From the NCBI GenBank assembly GCA_031409655.1, contig JANNXQ010000205.1:1-20240 (forward strand): DNA of 20,240 bases, in the 5' to 3' direction. The notes beneath the pieces were generated by a model that did not search any database, was not told the origin of the DNA, and saw nothing but the letters and a program-made list of their open reading frames with translations. Position 1 is the first letter of the stretch. The number at the start of each line of letters is the position of its first letter. Positions 19,926-20,240 of the stretch are shown here, in pieces. Origin of the DNA: Chthoniobacteraceae bacterium. GTDB lineage: Bacteria > Verrucomicrobiota > Verrucomicrobiia > Chthoniobacterales > Chthoniobacteraceae. The position numbers and the translations under genes were made by a program.

Positions 19926-20240
19926 ATACCACTTCGTTATAGACAACGGAGTGAATAGCCCTATACCCGCGCCGTGCCCCGAGCCCGCCAACCGATCGAC
20001 ATCCACCGCCAAGCCGCGCAAGTCCTTGAGCGGGAGCGCAGCGAACGCACGCCTTGGAAGAGCCAGCGGCTCCAAGCCATCCGCCTGGCGCTGGAAGGCA
20101 AGGAGAGTTACCGCCGGATCGCCGAGATCGTGCGCTGCACCAACAGCACCCTCTGCCAATGGCTGGGGTGGTTCCGCACGGGCGGCGTGGAGGAACTCCT
20201 GCGGCACGTCAACGGGGCCAAGGGCGGCAAGACGCCGCGC
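19926..20240 (+). mobile_element. Left end of an IS630-family insertion sequence (continues beyond the window)
   Basis: An HTH transposase N-terminus lies downstream. The candidate left end ATACCACTTCG contains a TA (19927-19928), the IS630 target dinucleotide. The exact boundary cannot be confirmed without the right end. Confidence 0.6.
19974..20240 (+). CDS. IS630-family transposase, N-terminal helix-turn-helix region (partial)
   Basis: Manual translation from GTG 19974 gives MPRARQPIDIHRQAAQVLERERSERTPWKSQRLQAIRLALEGKESYRRIAEIVRCTNSTLCQWLGWFRTGGVEELLRHVNGAKGGKTPR, open to the edge. It has the RLxAIxL..G....IA......T...W...F..GG...LL pattern. Confidence 0.75.
   Translation, partial: MPRARQPIDIHRQAAQVLERERSERTPWKSQRLQAIRLALEGKESYRRIAEIVRCTNSTLCQWLGWFRTGGVEELLRHVNGAKGGKTPR

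Overview
GC-rich bacterial window, probably Verrucomicrobiota. This taxonomy is an inference from the Tat-exported Gfo/Idh/MocA paralogues, the Shine-Dalgarno-less AC-rich leaders and the repeat types. The window is bounded by the 3' end of an IS3-family element (left) and the 5' end of an IS630-family element (right). Gene order: pepP-like aminopeptidase, sterol desaturase-family protein, membrane-anchored Ser/Thr pseudokinase, Tat-Gfo/Idh/MocA #1, a start-less truncated gap fragment joined head-on to a truncated DUF2007-like gene, NUDIX hydrolase, a lower-GC glycan module (DUF6625-like, FkbM methyltransferase, wzt, wzm), a frameshifted pectate lyase-like gene, a tandem alpha/beta hydrolase, Tat-Gfo/Idh/MocA #2 with an in-frame TAG, then intact gap-pgk-tpiA. 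The most notable structure is a ~0.65-0.7 kb module (Tat signal, divergent promoter region, 5' gap) present twice about 10.5 kb apart. The two copies differ almost only at synonymous sites, and the left copy ends at an 8-nt microhomology. This pattern fits homology-facilitated illegitimate capture of ~10 kb from a relative at the gap locus, although an assembly chimera is not excluded. Several distinct palindromic repeat families occupy the intergenic gaps. No CRISPR array, tRNA or rRNA was seen, and I found no clear new multi-gene system beyond these observations.
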